Below are positions 62,910-64,000 of a stretch of DNA of 64,000 bases, in pieces. Position 1 is the stretch's first letter, and every line of letters begins with the position of its first letter. The position numbers and the translations under genes were made by a program. The notes beneath the pieces are model-generated. The model worked only from the letters and a program-made list of their open reading frames with translations, was not told the origin of the DNA and searched no databases. The stretch spans positions 16,058,001 through 16,122,000 of the forward strand of contig CM119381.1 of assembly GCA_051294905.1 (NCBI GenBank). Direction: 5' to 3'. The stretch is from Botryllus schlosseri. Lineage: Eukaryota.

Positions 62910-64000
62910 GTGATTGTTCCCTATCCGATACCCGCACCATCCGGAAGATTTTCCGCTAAAGAAAAGGTGTATTTCCCGCAATAACGACCCGTGACGAATT
63001 CGTGTTATTCTAGAGTCCAGGGCGACCCGGTAGCCGCGTTTAAACATGTGTTAAAAGCCTATAATTCAATTAACACCCTCTGATACAGTGCCGCGAGTGG
63101 AAAACACAGACGCTAGTCTTTTTCATGCGTCGAACAAAACACGAGACTCGACAGTATTCAAAATCAAGATAGATATGAATGCTGAGGGAATATCGACACC
63201 GAGACGTTGTTAGTATGACTTCCATAGAATTGAGAATGGGTTTTTGGCATTGGAATCGCCACTTTATCTGCACGAAGTGCGCATAGGCGAAGCGGCCAGT
63301 CTTGAATGATTTATGAAGCGTATATCGTGCAGCGCCTTTAAACTGAGTGATGTCTCCGGATGAAGAAATTGCAATCTTTGACTACATCAAAGTAAGGCCT
63401 GCGCCGTGTCGACCGCCAAGTCGCCAGTTGACAAACGTAAATTTCCTCTGTCTTACTCCTACATCTGACAAGTATCTTACGCTGTGGGGATGACGAGAGT
63501 TGTAACTCTTGCGCGCGTCCGATAAATACGGTTGATTAAGCGGATTTGTAATGTGTCCGCGCTAACCTGTTACAAGTTCGCGTCTACAAATGGCGAATTG
63601 AAAGTCCCCCGCGCTCGGTTTTGATGGTCATTGTTTATTCTCGAGGGGAAAACATCGAGACAGTATTTTCCCAACAAGTTTAATCCGTCTTTGTTTAAAA
63701 AGGAGAAAACCATCCAAAGCGTCGTTTGTCTCGGATCGGTCGCGTGGGATTGAGCGTTGTTCGGAGTTTTCACTTGTGAGCAATGTATTGTCGGAAATGG
63801 CCTTGTTTAGCGTACCGATTTCTGTTACAACTTCAATCGCCGTTCCTCTTTAAAGTACAAATTTATTTACGTTGACAACTCGGCAAAAATAAACTCTGCG
63901 GAGGACCAGTATTGAACCGCCGTATGCATATTATATAGTGAGGGCGGACAATGCCGATGAGTTTTTTTTTTCGGAAGTGATCGCAGATTATAGTTCTGTG

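Noticed and set aside
62910-64000. Rest of the homeodomain (VWFxNRR exon)
   Set aside because: Not found; read-through VIVPYPIP is intronic, and the exon is presumed to lie beyond the window

Overview
Eukaryotic, AT-rich, intron-rich DNA that most resembles an ascidian (tunicate) genome. This is inferred from the Pax3/7 paired-domain variant [15 protein letters not shown] and many 62-80 bp introns. Two protein-coding genes lie on the + strand. (1) 4282-22869: 16 phase-compatible exons (2780 nt, about 925 aa, N-terminus not located) encoding a type I membrane protein with at least 27 complete LRRs, LRRCT, FN3, TM and a cytoplasmic tail ending in -TKL; it has no TIR domain. (2) 52852-62909 and onward: Pax3/7 (paired domain plus homeodomain), running off the right end of the window. 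The ~30 kb between them contains no recognisable gene. The rest is dense with mobile DNA: many non-autonomous hAT-type elements with readable TIRs and 8-bp TSDs (several nested), four hAT transposase relics, two I-group LINE fragments, a foldback element with tandem arrays, and tRNA-derived SINEs. The SINE 3' tail visibly matches the 3' end of the LINE in this same window. All calls were made by eye and none was checked against a database.
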